This document shows positions 26,074 through 36,084 of a DNA stretch of 64,000 nucleotides, piece after piece. Origin of the DNA: an uncultured Bacteroidota bacterium. GTDB lineage: Bacteria; Bacteroidota; Bacteroidia; Bacteroidales; B18-G4. How positions within the stretch are numbered: position 1 is the first letter of the stretch; every line of letters starts with the position of its first letter. A model generated the notes under the pieces. That model was not told the origin of the DNA, made no database searches, and saw nothing but the letters and a program-made list of their open reading frames with translations. The stretch covers positions 270,534 to 334,533 of the forward strand of contig CAWCAB010000001.1 in NCBI GenBank assembly GCA_963793485.1, in the 5' to 3' direction. A program made the translations under genes and the position numbers.

Positions 26074-28176
26074 TTATTCAACAATCAGTTTCCGTCTGAG
26101 CCTGGTATTCTCGATACTGACCTCCACGATGTACATGCCTGTTTTTAGGTGTGAAATATCAATGCTGCCATTTACAGGTCCTGCTTGTAATATTTTTTGT
26201 CCCGTAATGCTATAAATTGACACCTCGTTTATTGTGCTTCCTTTAGCTGAAATATTAAGTTCCTGGTGTGCTGGATTGGGATAAATCCTAAGATCATTCA
26301 TGATATTATTGGATGGTACTGAAGATTGCCCGATATATACAGTAAATGAATCCATTCGCTCGGTAAAACCTGCTGAAGCAATAATTTGAATTTTTGATGA
26401 GCCTGTATTGGCCAATGCTTCGAGCGTTAAAATACTTCCATCAAGTGTTGCCTGAACTGTATCGGAACTTCCGTTGTGGTAAATTGAAAACGTTAGCGTG
26501 TCACCGACTATGGCCGGGACAGTATCTCCTTTCATGAAATGATAGTGTTCCCTCAGATCAATATTTGTTGAGTGGCCTGTGCCTTCTAAATCCAGGTTAG
26601 CAATGCGTGGGCTGTACTGAATGTAATTTGTTGCGTTGAAATCGATCACAAGCGCACTATCCTCGATTGCCCTGAAGAACTGGTTCGAGTGTACATCGAT
26701 ATATTCATCGACATGTCCTGATGGCCAGCGGATGAGCAGGGTGTCGATTACATCGGCATCACCAAGGCCAAAATGAACCGGGGTGTAAGCAAAAGCAACG
26801 TTCCCATCAATGAGGGCGATTTCCCGGGTTTGACAAACATATTTACCATCAATCATGGTTTTGGCATAAATACGCGTTCCATAGGGTGTAGCACAATTAA
26901 ACTTATCAACACATGATATTGAAATGGAAGAATTGTCATTACCTTCGTTAATATACAAATGGTTATGACCTAATGCATCGTATGCATTTCCAATGGTTAA
27001 AACATCCAGGTCACCATCATTATCGTGGTCAAATACTTTTGCTGTATGTCCTTCACCAAGGCTTAAAGTATGATTGAGCAAATTTGTAAACTGTCCATTG
27101 CCATCATTCAGGCACAGAATATTATATAGGGTTGGGGAATATAGTCCTTCGTAGGGACCTGAAAAAGGATAAGGCCCATCTTCAAGTGTGATAAACAGGT
27201 CCTGATCGCCATCATTATCCAAATCACACCAATACGATGAGATTGTAAAAGAACCTTTGTATGATTCGTCAAGTAAAATATGTTTTTCAAATTCCAGGTT
27301 GCCCAGGTTTTCGTAAAGTGCCGGCAGCAGGCCATTTATCGTATCCGGATCTTCGTGAATGACGCAAAGATCCATATCCCCATCATTATCATAGTCGACC
27401 CAGTTTACACTGGGAGTCATGGAAGTATCACTTAATGTAATATGATTTTCGTCAACTTGTTCCAGGGAATCCCCCGTGTTTATGAAAAATGCATTTTTTG
27501 CTACCTTTGAAAATCCACAATACACATCCATATCCCCGTCATTATCAGCATCGCCCCAGGCCATTGAATGCAACCAATCACTTGTTGGTCTGTTGATATT
27601 GGTAATGGTCTCTCTGTCAGGAAATTTACCATTTCCATCATTGTAAAAAACTCTTACAGTTAAGGAAAAATATAATAAGTCTAGATGTCCATCCTTATTA
27701 TAGTCCAATAAAACAGGATAAGATGAATTAAAACTGTTCTGGACATTAATACTGGTGTCGGATAAGAAATTACCATAACCGTCATTAACAAAGACACCTA
27801 TTTTGTCAAAATTAGAATTTGCTATGACATCAATATCCCCATCATTGTCAATATCGCCCATTGGGCTGGGATGAAATACCTCAAAGGCATTACTATATTC
27901 TGGTAAGAATATTTTTTGTTGTATATAAATACCTGTTCGTTCATTCTTGTATAGTGTGAGAGGAGATGCAGTAATACCAATAGCATTTTTGTTGGAGATT
28001 ATAGGATCAAGATCTCCATCATTATCAATATCAAAAAGGATTCCAGAGAATCGTGCAAGGGTACCTTGTGACTCGTAAATACTGCCTGTATCAATCCGGG
28101 TAAATTCGGGAAACTGGGCATTTAAAACGAGGAGGAAAGCAAACAGAAATAAATTGGTGATGAATAACTTTTTCAT
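26074..28176 (-). CDS. T9SS cargo: FG-GAP/VCBS repeat protein with ASPIC/UnbV-like region (CRTAC1-like)
   Basis: 700 aa. Repeated DxDxDGDxD calcium-type motifs (DIDNDGDLD, DIDNDGDID, DADNDGDMD, DYDNDGDMD, DLDNDGDQD, DHDNDGDLD). LIRWPSG motif. CTD: IYPNPAHQELNI...GMYIVEVSIENTRLRRKLIVE. Confidence 0.85.
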   Translation of the reverse strand: MKKLFITNLFLFAFLLVLNAQFPEFTRIDTGSIYESQGTLARFSGILFDIDNDGDLDPIISNKNAIGITASPLTLYKNERTGIYIQQKIFLPEYSNAFEVFHPSPMGDIDNDGDIDVIANSNFDKIGVFVNDGYGNFLSDTSINVQNSFNSSYPVLLDYNKDGHLDLLYFSLTVRVFYNDGNGKFPDRETITNINRPTSDWLHSMAWGDADNDGDMDVYCGFSKVAKNAFFINTGDSLEQVDENHITLSDTSMTPSVNWVDYDNDGDMDLCVIHEDPDTINGLLPALYENLGNLEFEKHILLDESYKGSFTISSYWCDLDNDGDQDLFITLEDGPYPFSGPYEGLYSPTLYNILCLNDGNGQFTNLLNHTLSLGEGHTAKVFDHDNDGDLDVLTIGNAYDALGHNHLYINEGNDNSSISISCVDKFNCATPYGTRIYAKTMIDGKYVCQTREIALIDGNVAFAYTPVHFGLGDADVIDTLLIRWPSGHVDEYIDVHSNQFFRAIEDSALVIDFNATNYIQYSPRIANLDLEGTGHSTNIDLREHYHFMKGDTVPAIVGDTLTFSIYHNGSSDTVQATLDGSILTLEALANTGSSKIQIIASAGFTERMDSFTVYIGQSSVPSNNIMNDLRIYPNPAHQELNISAKGSTINEVSIYSITGQKILQAGPVNGSIDISHLKTGMYIVEVSIENTRLRRKLIVE

Positions 28177-28217
28177 AGCGCTACTATTTTAGGTGAGGCT
28201 TTTGATTAAGCAGAGCA
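28177..28217 (-). promoter_or_regulatory. conserved leader cassette, copy C5 (3' part only; promoter part replaced)
   Basis: Sense strand: ...ctgctctgcttaatcaaaagcctcacctaaaatagtagcgct-ATG. The gtgatttagtatatttaca block is absent. Confidence 0.4.
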
Positions 28218-28239
28218 GTGGGTTTCCCGGTCCCCTTCA

Positions 28240-28309
28240 TGATTTTGGAAGATGGATGTTGGATGATAGATTATTTCATCATTCCATGTTCCCTGTTCTT
28301 TATTCGTTA
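28240..28309. repeat. heptanucleotide tandem array, 10 units
   Basis: gattttg ggaagat ggatgtt ggatgat agattat ttcatca ttccatg ttccctg ttcttta ttcgtta. The last unit contains the stop codon at 28307-28309. Confidence 0.9.
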
Positions 28310-29857
28310 TTCAACCAGCAACTTCTGCCTCACCTTCCTTCCCTCAACCATCACCTCCACGATGTACATGCCTGCCTGAAAGTGTGAGATGTCTACAGTA
28401 CCATTCTCAGGAAGGGCTTTCATTACCTGCTGACCAGTGAGGGTGTATATAATTAACTCATCTACCTCTCTGCCTTCGTCAAGTGAAATATTTAGCTCCT
28501 TATAGGCAGGGTTGGGATATAACACTAGATTGTTCTTGAGATGAATACCATCGATTACTCCTGCATGAGCTAAACAAGAATCATACACTTCTTCCTGACT
28601 ACTGCAACCATCTGCGTTACCATGAAGATTAACTTCTCCACCAGCTGCAGCAAGATAATCACAAATACTCTTTACATCACAGGTAGATAAATTTTTGTTT
28701 GCCCAAACAGTTACATCTGTTATTGAAGCTGCAGAAATATTGTCTAATCCTTCTAATGATGCCAATGTATCGTTTAAAATAATGTGAAGACCACCAACCG
28801 AAGTCAGTCCCTCCAGTCCCGTCAGGCTGGTTAATAAAGGATTACATACATATGCCCATTCCCCGATATGAAGGCTCCCACTAATGGAAGTCAGTTCGCT
28901 TAAGCCTATGAGGTTAGTAATATCATTGTCGCCGGAAATGACGATATCACCTCCAATTTCAGTACAACCAGGGTAGTTGGATTGAAAATCATCAATGTCG
29001 CTTTGACTTAAGAAGTAATAATTCCCAAAAGGCAGACAGGGTAAAGAAATGCCACAAGCATTTGCTATTTCTTTAGGACTATTACACCCCAGCGCGTTAC
29101 TATGTATTTCAACCCTGCCTTTGGGATTTTCAAGGTAACTGCATATACTTTGTGATTCGCAATTAGACAAAGAATTATTGTATCTGATAATCATGTTTCC
29201 ATCAATCAACAATCCGCTGTTCAATCCTGTAAAACTTTCTAAGCTAATATTACCTTGAATACTAACCTTCCCCCCAATATAGGTAAGCCCTCCTAAGCCC
29301 GTTAAAGAAGTTAAAGACGAATTCCCAGCTGTTCCAAATACGAAGTCCTTATCAACAGCATAACCAATGTTGAGAGTTTCACCTATTGTAGATAAGTTAT
29401 CAAGGCCAGCTAGACTGGACAGGGAATCATTACAATATATAGATAGACTTCCTCCAATCGAAGTAAGATTGCTTAATGCAGATAAATCACTCAAGTTTGG
29501 ATTGCTTTGGCATTCTACCGGTTGAAATGGCATTGCATTCATACTCCACCCCCCAATATTTAAACTTCCTCCAATATTAGTCAGGCTTTCCAAGCCCCTG
29601 AGATTTGTCAGGGCAGTATAGCCGATGCGCAGGGTTCCTCCGATTGTTCTTAGAACACTTAATCCATTCAGATTGGCTATGTCATAACCCTCTATTTCGA
29701 CACCACCTTCAATCTCCGTACAATTTGGATAGTTGATTTGAAAGCTGTCAATCTGTGCCTGTGTTTCAAATCTGATACCCTCAGGCAAACAGGATTGGGA
29801 CGATACAGTTATCTGAAAGCATACCAGGACAAGGACGATAATAGATAATTTTCTCAT
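28307..29857 (-). CDS. T9SS cargo: leucine-rich-repeat (receptor L-domain-like) protein
   Basis: 516 aa. Two lobes of LxxLxxIGGxLxIxxNxxLxSLxGL repeats separated by Cys-rich modules. CTD: LYPNPAYKELNI...GMYIVEVMVEGRKVRQKLLVE. Confidence 0.8.
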   Translation of the reverse strand: MRKLSIIVLVLVCFQITVSSQSCLPEGIRFETQAQIDSFQINYPNCTEIEGGVEIEGYDIANLNGLSVLRTIGGTLRIGYTALTNLRGLESLTNIGGSLNIGGWSMNAMPFQPVECQSNPNLSDLSALSNLTSIGGSLSIYCNDSLSSLAGLDNLSTIGETLNIGYAVDKDFVFGTAGNSSLTSLTGLGGLTYIGGKVSIQGNISLESFTGLNSGLLIDGNMIIRYNNSLSNCESQSICSYLENPKGRVEIHSNALGCNSPKEIANACGISLPCLPFGNYYFLSQSDIDDFQSNYPGCTEIGGDIVISGDNDITNLIGLSELTSISGSLHIGEWAYVCNPLLTSLTGLEGLTSVGGLHIILNDTLASLEGLDNISAASITDVTVWANKNLSTCDVKSICDYLAAAGGEVNLHGNADGCSSQEEVYDSCLAHAGVIDGIHLKNNLVLYPNPAYKELNISLDEGREVDELIIYTLTGQQVMKALPENGTVDISHFQAGMYIVEVMVEGRKVRQKLLVE

Positions 29858-29947
29858 GGCTCCACTATTAAAAGTTAACAGCTATTGATTAAGCAGAGCA
29901 TAAGGAAGGTCCTGTAAAGATACTAATTTACAAGGCCATAATCAAGT
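29858..29947 (-). promoter_or_regulatory. conserved promoter/5'-leader cassette, copy C6
   Basis: Sense strand: acttgattatggccttgtaaattagtatctttacaggaccttccttatgctctgcttaatcaatagctgttaacttttaatagtggagcc-ATG. Confidence 0.5.
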
Positions 29948-30081
29948 TGGGTTGACAGCACACCATATTCTCCAGCTGGCGCTCGTCCGTGACGAGTGCC
30001 TTATGTGAGATCCTCGCCAGCGGGGCGAAGCGCTAATTACGATAGCGCCAATTACTGATTTACTTCCGAATTCTCCTTCCC

Positions 30082-31617
30082 CTATTCCCTGCCCGCCAGG
30101 CTCATTGCGCATTTAATCCCATCTGCAGCGCTGGAAACAATGCCTCCGGCCAAACCACTTCCTTCACCAATGCAATAAAGATTATCAAAGCCTGTGCATC
30201 TTCCGTTTTTTTCTCTGTCAACTTGCAAAGGAGAAGATGTCTTACTTTCCAGCCCCATCAGGATTCCCTGCTCGAAGCCTCTGAGTTTCCTGCTGAAATC
30301 TTTAAGTCCTTCTGCTATAGCCTGACTCACTATTTCCGGAATCATATCCGAGAGCTTAGCCGGTATCAGGCCACGCGAATAACTGCCTTTCATAGCTGTC
30401 GAAGTTGGTTTTTGTTTCAGATAATCAGAAACGCGTGTGGCAGGAACTGCCAGACTGTCGGAAAAAGCATAAAACTTCTCTTCCAGCGCATCCATCCAAT
30501 CCATGATCTCCAGAGCTGTGCAATTCCCTCCTGTAAGCATGTCAGGATTGACTCCGGCTACAATCCCTGAATTGGCATACGCGCCATCGCGGGCATAGTA
30601 ACTCATTCCATTTACAACACTTTTGCTGTTAAATGCAGCTGAGGGCACAACAAAACCACCCGGGCACATGCAAAAGGAATAAACTCCTGTTCCATTTGCA
30701 GTCTTTGTTGCCAAACGATATTCAGCGGCTTTTACACCTGGCAGTTGTGTCCTGCCCCATTGTGCCAGATTGATCAATTCCTGCTTATGTTCGATACGGT
30801 GCCCAATGGCAAAATTCTTTGTATTGAATTGTACTCCTTTTCCTATAAGCATCCGGTATGTATCGTAGGCCGAGTGACCTGTTGCGATCAATACATGATC
30901 AGCAGGGATCTCACCTGAACTGCAAATGACTGACTCTACCTTCTGTCCTTTAATGACAATATCCTGCAGTAATGTTTCGAAAAGGATTTGTCCTCCAATT
31001 GATGTGAACTTCTTTCGGAGGTTGGCTACAACTATTTTTAGTTTATCAGTCCCAACGTGTGGATGTGCCATATACAATATTTCTTCAGGTGCTCCTGCAT
31101 CAACATACTCAGAAAGGAAAAACTGCCTTTCCGCAGAAATATGCTTGGAACGTGAAGTAAGCTTGCCGTCTGAAAAGGTGCCGGCCCCGCCTTCTCCGAA
31201 AGCATAGTTGTTCGCAGATGAAAATTGTCCTGCTCCTTCGAGCATATCAATAGCCTTGCTGCGCCTGTCAACTTCCGAGCCTCGTTCAATAATTGTTACA
31301 TCAAACCCACTCAGCTGCAAAATATAAGCCGCAAAAAAGCCCGCAGGGCCACTGCCCGCTACCACAACCTTCTCTTTACGCTTCTTGTATGGAATTTCCA
31401 GCTCTTTGCTTCTGGTATGTTCCTCTCCCTTAAATAGGGGGGAGGTGACCACTATATTCAGCAACCAGTGAATATTATCTTTTTTTCGTGCATCCAGGCT
31501 TTTTCTTTCGGTCACAAAGGAAAAATCCTTCACCCCAAGTTTTTTGCGGATCGCACTTTTTATATCCTCCTTAGTATAGTCGCTCGGAAGTTTTAGCTGA
31601 ATGCTTCTGTATCCCAT
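30082..31617 (-). CDS. FAD-dependent oxidoreductase (COG2509-type NAD(FAD)-utilizing dehydrogenase)
   Basis: 511 aa. Dinucleotide-binding VVVAGSGPAGFFAA. Architecture colinear with the uncharacterised FAD-dependent dehydrogenase family. Confidence 0.75.
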   Translation of the reverse strand: MGYRSIQLKLPSDYTKEDIKSAIRKKLGVKDFSFVTERKSLDARKKDNIHWLLNIVVTSPLFKGEEHTRSKELEIPYKKRKEKVVVAGSGPAGFFAAYILQLSGFDVTIIERGSEVDRRSKAIDMLEGAGQFSSANNYAFGEGGAGTFSDGKLTSRSKHISAERQFFLSEYVDAGAPEEILYMAHPHVGTDKLKIVVANLRKKFTSIGGQILFETLLQDIVIKGQKVESVICSSGEIPADHVLIATGHSAYDTYRMLIGKGVQFNTKNFAIGHRIEHKQELINLAQWGRTQLPGVKAAEYRLATKTANGTGVYSFCMCPGGFVVPSAAFNSKSVVNGMSYYARDGAYANSGIVAGVNPDMLTGGNCTALEIMDWMDALEEKFYAFSDSLAVPATRVSDYLKQKPTSTAMKGSYSRGLIPAKLSDMIPEIVSQAIAEGLKDFSRKLRGFEQGILMGLESKTSSPLQVDREKNGRCTGFDNLYCIGEGSGLAGGIVSSAADGIKCAMSLAGRE

Positions 31618-31759
31618 AGTTTTCCAATCAAATAATTGAGTTTATCCTCGAATATAAAAATAACAATTTATTTAGAGAATTCGGGCAGAAGGGGATAGGG
31701 GAAACAGGGAATAAGAGTGCCTAGAATAGAGCTTTTGTGCTTGAGCCTTCCCTTACTGA

Positions 31760-31794
31760 TTTGCAAAGCTTTTTCTACATTATATATATCTTTG
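31760..31794 (+). promoter_or_regulatory. candidate promoter for the KAS III-like gene
   Basis: TTTG at 31760-31763 and TATCTTTG (TAnnTTTG) at 31787-31794. The 23-nt spacing is longer than the usual 19-21 nt. Confidence 0.3.
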
Positions 31795-31830
31795 CGTTAG
31801 ATAAGTCTTGATAAATTTAAAAAGATTTTA

Positions 31831-32915
31831 ATGTTTCAAAATATATTGATCACAGGAACAGGTAGTTATATACCAACAGAAGTAGTTACCAATAATGATT
31901 TTGCCAAAAATGACTTTTACGATGCAGGCGGGGTGGCTTTCGATATGGACCATGTGGAAATTGCTGAGAAATTCAAAGCAATTACAGGAATTGAGCAACG
32001 AAGATATGTATCCGATGATCTGTTAGCTTCTGATATTGGAGCTATTGTTGCAAAGATGGCTATCGAGGATGCCGGGATTGATAAGGAAGAGATCGATCAG
32101 CTTATTGTGGCACATAACTTCGGTGATATTCCAAAAGGCACCAATCAAACCGACATCGTTCCAAGCCTGGCAGCTAGGATCAAGCATTCGCTTGGGATCG
32201 TCAAGCCCGGATGTGTTGCCTATGATGTAGCCTTCGGTTGTCCCGGATGGATACAGGGAATCATCCAGGCAGAGGCGTTTATTCGTTCCGGGCAGGCAAA
32301 AAAATGCCTTGTCATAGCCACTGAAACCCTTTCGCGGGTGATTGATATTCACGACCGTGATTCCATGATCTATGCAGATGGTGCCGGGGCTGCTGTGATA
32401 GAAAGCAGGGAAGGAGAAAAAAAAGAAGGGATACTTGCATCGAGTATGGAATCGCACACCTTGGATGAAGCCTATTATTTATTCCTTGGGAAAAGCAATC
32501 TCGCCAGGGAATGACGATAAATGTCAGATACATAAAAATGCACGGACGGAAAATATATGAATTTGCACTGACCCATGTTCCACAAGCCATGAAAGCTGCA
32601 CTTGATAAAGCAGGTGAAGATATCCAGGACCTTAAAAAGATCTTTATCCACCAGGCAAATGAGAAAATGGACTTTGAAATAATCAAAAGATTCTATCGAC
32701 TATATAAGATAAGGGAGATTCCTGAGAATATTATGCCCATGAGTATCCATTTACTGGGAAATAGTTCTGTAGCAACCGTCCCCACATTATTTGACAGGAT
32801 CAGGAGAGGAATTTGCGAAGACCATCATGAATTGAATAAAGGAGATCTTATCCTGCTGGCTTCTGTAGGTGCAGGAATGAACATTAATAGTATCGCCTAC
32901 AAATTCAGGTCCTAG
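31831..32915 (+). pseudogene. 3-oxoacyl-ACP synthase III (KAS III/FabH-family) gene split by a frameshift near 32470-32510
   Basis: ORFs 31831-32514 and 32511-32915 lie in different frames but together are colinear with KAS III. Catalytic Cys in AFGCPGWIQG, His in IHQANEKM, Asn in LGNSSVATVP. Confidence 0.7.
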
Positions 32916-32943
32916 ATTTTAGTAGTATAAGGCCAACTTTAAA

Positions 32944-34273
32944 CTATTTCTTAGAAGGGACTTTTGCCAGACGAAGGATGGTAATTCCAATAAAAGCAGC
33001 GATCAATGAAGCTGCCAGGATACCTACTTTGGCAATCTCCTCATATTCGCGATTTTCAAACCCAAGATCCGCGATGAACATCGACATGGTGAAGCCAATT
33101 CCTGCCAGGAAAGCCATGCCATAGATATGCTGCCAGCCCACACCCTCAGGCAATCGGGCCAGTTTTAATTTAACGAAAATCCTGCTGAACAGACTGATCC
33201 CGATGAATTTGCCAAGTACCAATCCACCCATGATGCCCAATGAGATGGGATGGAAAAGCATATAGAAAAAATTGCCTTCGATATGAACTCCGGCATTGCT
33301 CAGGGCGAAAATAGGAAGTATAAAGTACGATAGATACCGGATGCAGGGAATGCTCAAGCCTTTGTAAAGGAGTATTTGCATCATCAACATGTTGCCCGAT
33401 CTGGCTGATCACCTTCGACTGAGCTTCTGTAAGCAGGGATTTACTGTTAGCAGCAGTTTTTTTGAAGGTGTCAAGGCAGGCATAGAGTCTTTGAATGAAT
33501 GTTTTTTCATCAATTCGTGGCCTGACAGGAATGGTAAATGCAATGAGTACCCCGGCTATTGTAGCATGTACCCCGGAAAAGAGGAATGAAGTCCAGACGC
33601 CCAGCCCCCCAACAATTGCATAAAATATGGCATTACGAACACCCAATCGATTTGCTGCGACTAAAACACCCAGGAAGAAGGCTGCATTAATCAGCTCAAG
33701 GAGATTGATGGATTCTGTATAAAAAATGGCAATAACCATTATGGCGCCTAGATCATCGGCAATGGCAAGTGCGGTGAGGAAGATCTTAAGGCTGACAGGC
33801 ACCCTTTTCCCTAACATGGCCATCAGCCCGAGGGCAAAGGCAATATCCGTTGCCATCGGGATCCCCCAGCCGTTTAGATACTGTGGTGTCTGGAATTCGA
33901 TAAGAACATATATGAGTGCAGGCACCACCATTCCACCAATAGCAGCCACGATTGGTAATCCTGCTTTTTTAAAGGTAGATAACTCGCCTGCAAGTACCTC
34001 TCTTTTGATTTCAAGACCGATGATAAAGAAAAACGTGGCCATCAAGCCATCATTGATCCAGTGATGTAAGGATGTGGTGATGTTGAAGTCGCCGAAGCTG
34101 AAGCCCATTTGCAGCTCATGCCACAGGTAATGATAAGACTCATGCCATCGTGAATTAGCCCAGATAAGGGCAATGACCGTGATCCCGATAAGAATATATC
34201 CCCCGATGCCTTCTTCCTTGATAAAAGAAAAAATGTTAAACCTTGATTCAGTCTTGAGACGCTCCTTTGCCAT
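32944..34273 (-). pseudogene. nhaA: Na+/H+ antiporter NhaA gene interrupted by a 4-bp tandem duplication
   Basis: ORFs 33170-34273 and 32944-33390 overlap in different frames. The NhaA-like sequence switches frame at LEHSLHPVS / YFILPIFALSNAGV. gatagata at 33329-33336 is a GATA duplication (TATC on the sense strand). Confidence 0.75.
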
Positions 34274-34398
34274 AAGCTAATATTGGTATAGCCAAAGTAA
34301 CAAAAATTGTAAAGTAAAGTTTATCGCAAATTCAAAAATTTAATATTAAGTATATTTCAATCAATCCTCAGCCCCCAGACCCCGGTGACCTCTTGAAG

Positions 34399-35818
34399 TT
34401 AAATACTGACTATCCCAGCAATGAGTACAAAGCTTCTCCTTTGGGTAAGCCCGATGGCTTCAACCAGGTCATCCAGTTCCTGGTATTGCAATGTGCTTAC
34501 GCCAATACGCTCCCTGATCTTTTCGATCATGGCATGATAGCGGTCTGTTCCTGGTGTAGCATATTCGTCAAGATGCTTATCATCAACGCCTTCCAGGTCT
34601 TGTATAGCTTTTCTTCCGGCCAGGTCGAGGGTGGAACGGGAACGTGAAAAATTCAGAAATTCGCATGGGAAATATGAGGGTAGGGCAGGCCGGCCTGACA
34701 TGGATCTCTTTTGCACCATATTTATACAAGTATCTTCAACATTGTCTTTAAACTGGGTCCCTCTCACAATAGAATCATCGCAAAAAACGATCTTATTCCC
34801 TTCAATAAGTGATCTTCACCGGAATCAGTTTCATCTTGGCAACCAGGTCGCGAACATTCCTGGTTCTGTGGCATGAAACTCCGGGGCCAGGTGGGTGTAT
34901 ACTTTACATAGGCCCTTTTATAGGGGATCTGCTTTCTCATTTGAATAGCCAACGGCATGGGCAATTCCTGAATCAGGAATACCAGAGACGAAATCGGCTT
35001 CTACCTTATCTTTCCGTGCCAGGGCTGCACCACAACGATACCTGCAGTCTTCTACATTAATATCTTCATAATCGATGAACTCGGATAACCATAATATACC
35101 CACAGGAACGAACAAACCTGCATTTTGTCGTAGGGCTTTTTTCGTTGCTCCCAGCCTTCAGCAGTGGCAAGAATGATCTCCCCGGGACCAAGATAGTGTT
35201 CATGTTTCATATCCAAGGTTGGTGAAAGAACTTGTTTCGGAGGCAAAAGCATATGCGTCCTCTTTAATGCCCAAGGCTAATAGTGGTCCGGCCCAGCTTG
35301 TCCCTGGCTGCATAAATTCCTTCATTGACAAAGGATCAGCAATGGAACAGGAGCCTTTCACTTTATCGTAAACATTATCAATTCCTTTTTCAATGCTTTC
35401 TTCTTCACAAATAAGCATGGCCACAAGCTCAGTTGCGTTCGTTCCATCCGGCACTGACCTCAGAAAAGGTGCGCTTTTTGTCGCTGAAGCGCCCTTTGCG
35501 TTAGCTCATCAATATTCATGATCTTACTAACGGTTACGATGGCAAATTCACCCAGGTGGGATTTGATGATGATGGGCTGTGCCTCAAAATCACTGATGAT
35601 CCCAATGCCACTCTTCCCGGAGAACTCTTTCAACTCTGATTCGAATTTAGTCCTGAAATATGAATTCTCAAGGTTGTGGATGCCCTCGCTTGATCCCGCA
35701 TGTCGTTGATCACAGCCATACCCCCCTTTTTCGTGCCCAGGTGTGAATGATAGTCGGTACCGTAATACAGGTCAGTAACACAGTCGCTTTTTAGAAATTG
35801 TGCCGAAAAATCCCCCCA
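34399..35818 (-). pseudogene. class-II glutamine amidotransferase / amidophosphoribosyltransferase (PurF-like, MGGFFG type) gene with multiple frameshifts
   Basis: At least six reverse-strand ORF fragments are colinear with PurF-like proteins: MGGFFGTISKK, DCVTDLYYGTDYHSHLGTKKGGMAV, GIHNLENSYFRTKFE...GIGIISD, NATELVAMLI, CSFLWVYYGYPSS, SGIPDSGIAHAVGYS, CDDSIVRGTQ. Confidence 0.75.
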
Positions 35819-36084
35819 TGATTTACTAAGTTTTGGTTCGTGTTAAATTTTAAAGAAAATAAAACTACATCTATTTTCAGGAGGCCATAGTGGCTAGTGT
35901 TGATAAAATGTTGAATAAAGTCGACATGAGCATTAGGCGTTGGGCATAATCAGTATCTTGCTACTATCTAAATGTACACCCAAATGTTCATTGTAGCCCC
36001 ATTATGCATAGTGGTGAATTTCAACTATGGAAGGGAGATTTACTGAAGTATTTTTAATCTGAATAATAATAAAACCGGTTAAAA

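Noticed and set aside
21424-28387. Three + strand ORFs with similar peptides (21424-21627, 25997-26215, 28193-28387; ...LLP.LP.LN.HLHDVH...).
   Set aside because: They are the antisense of the conserved T9SS CTD 3' ends plus heptamer arrays. The similarity reflects the junction module, not a protein family.
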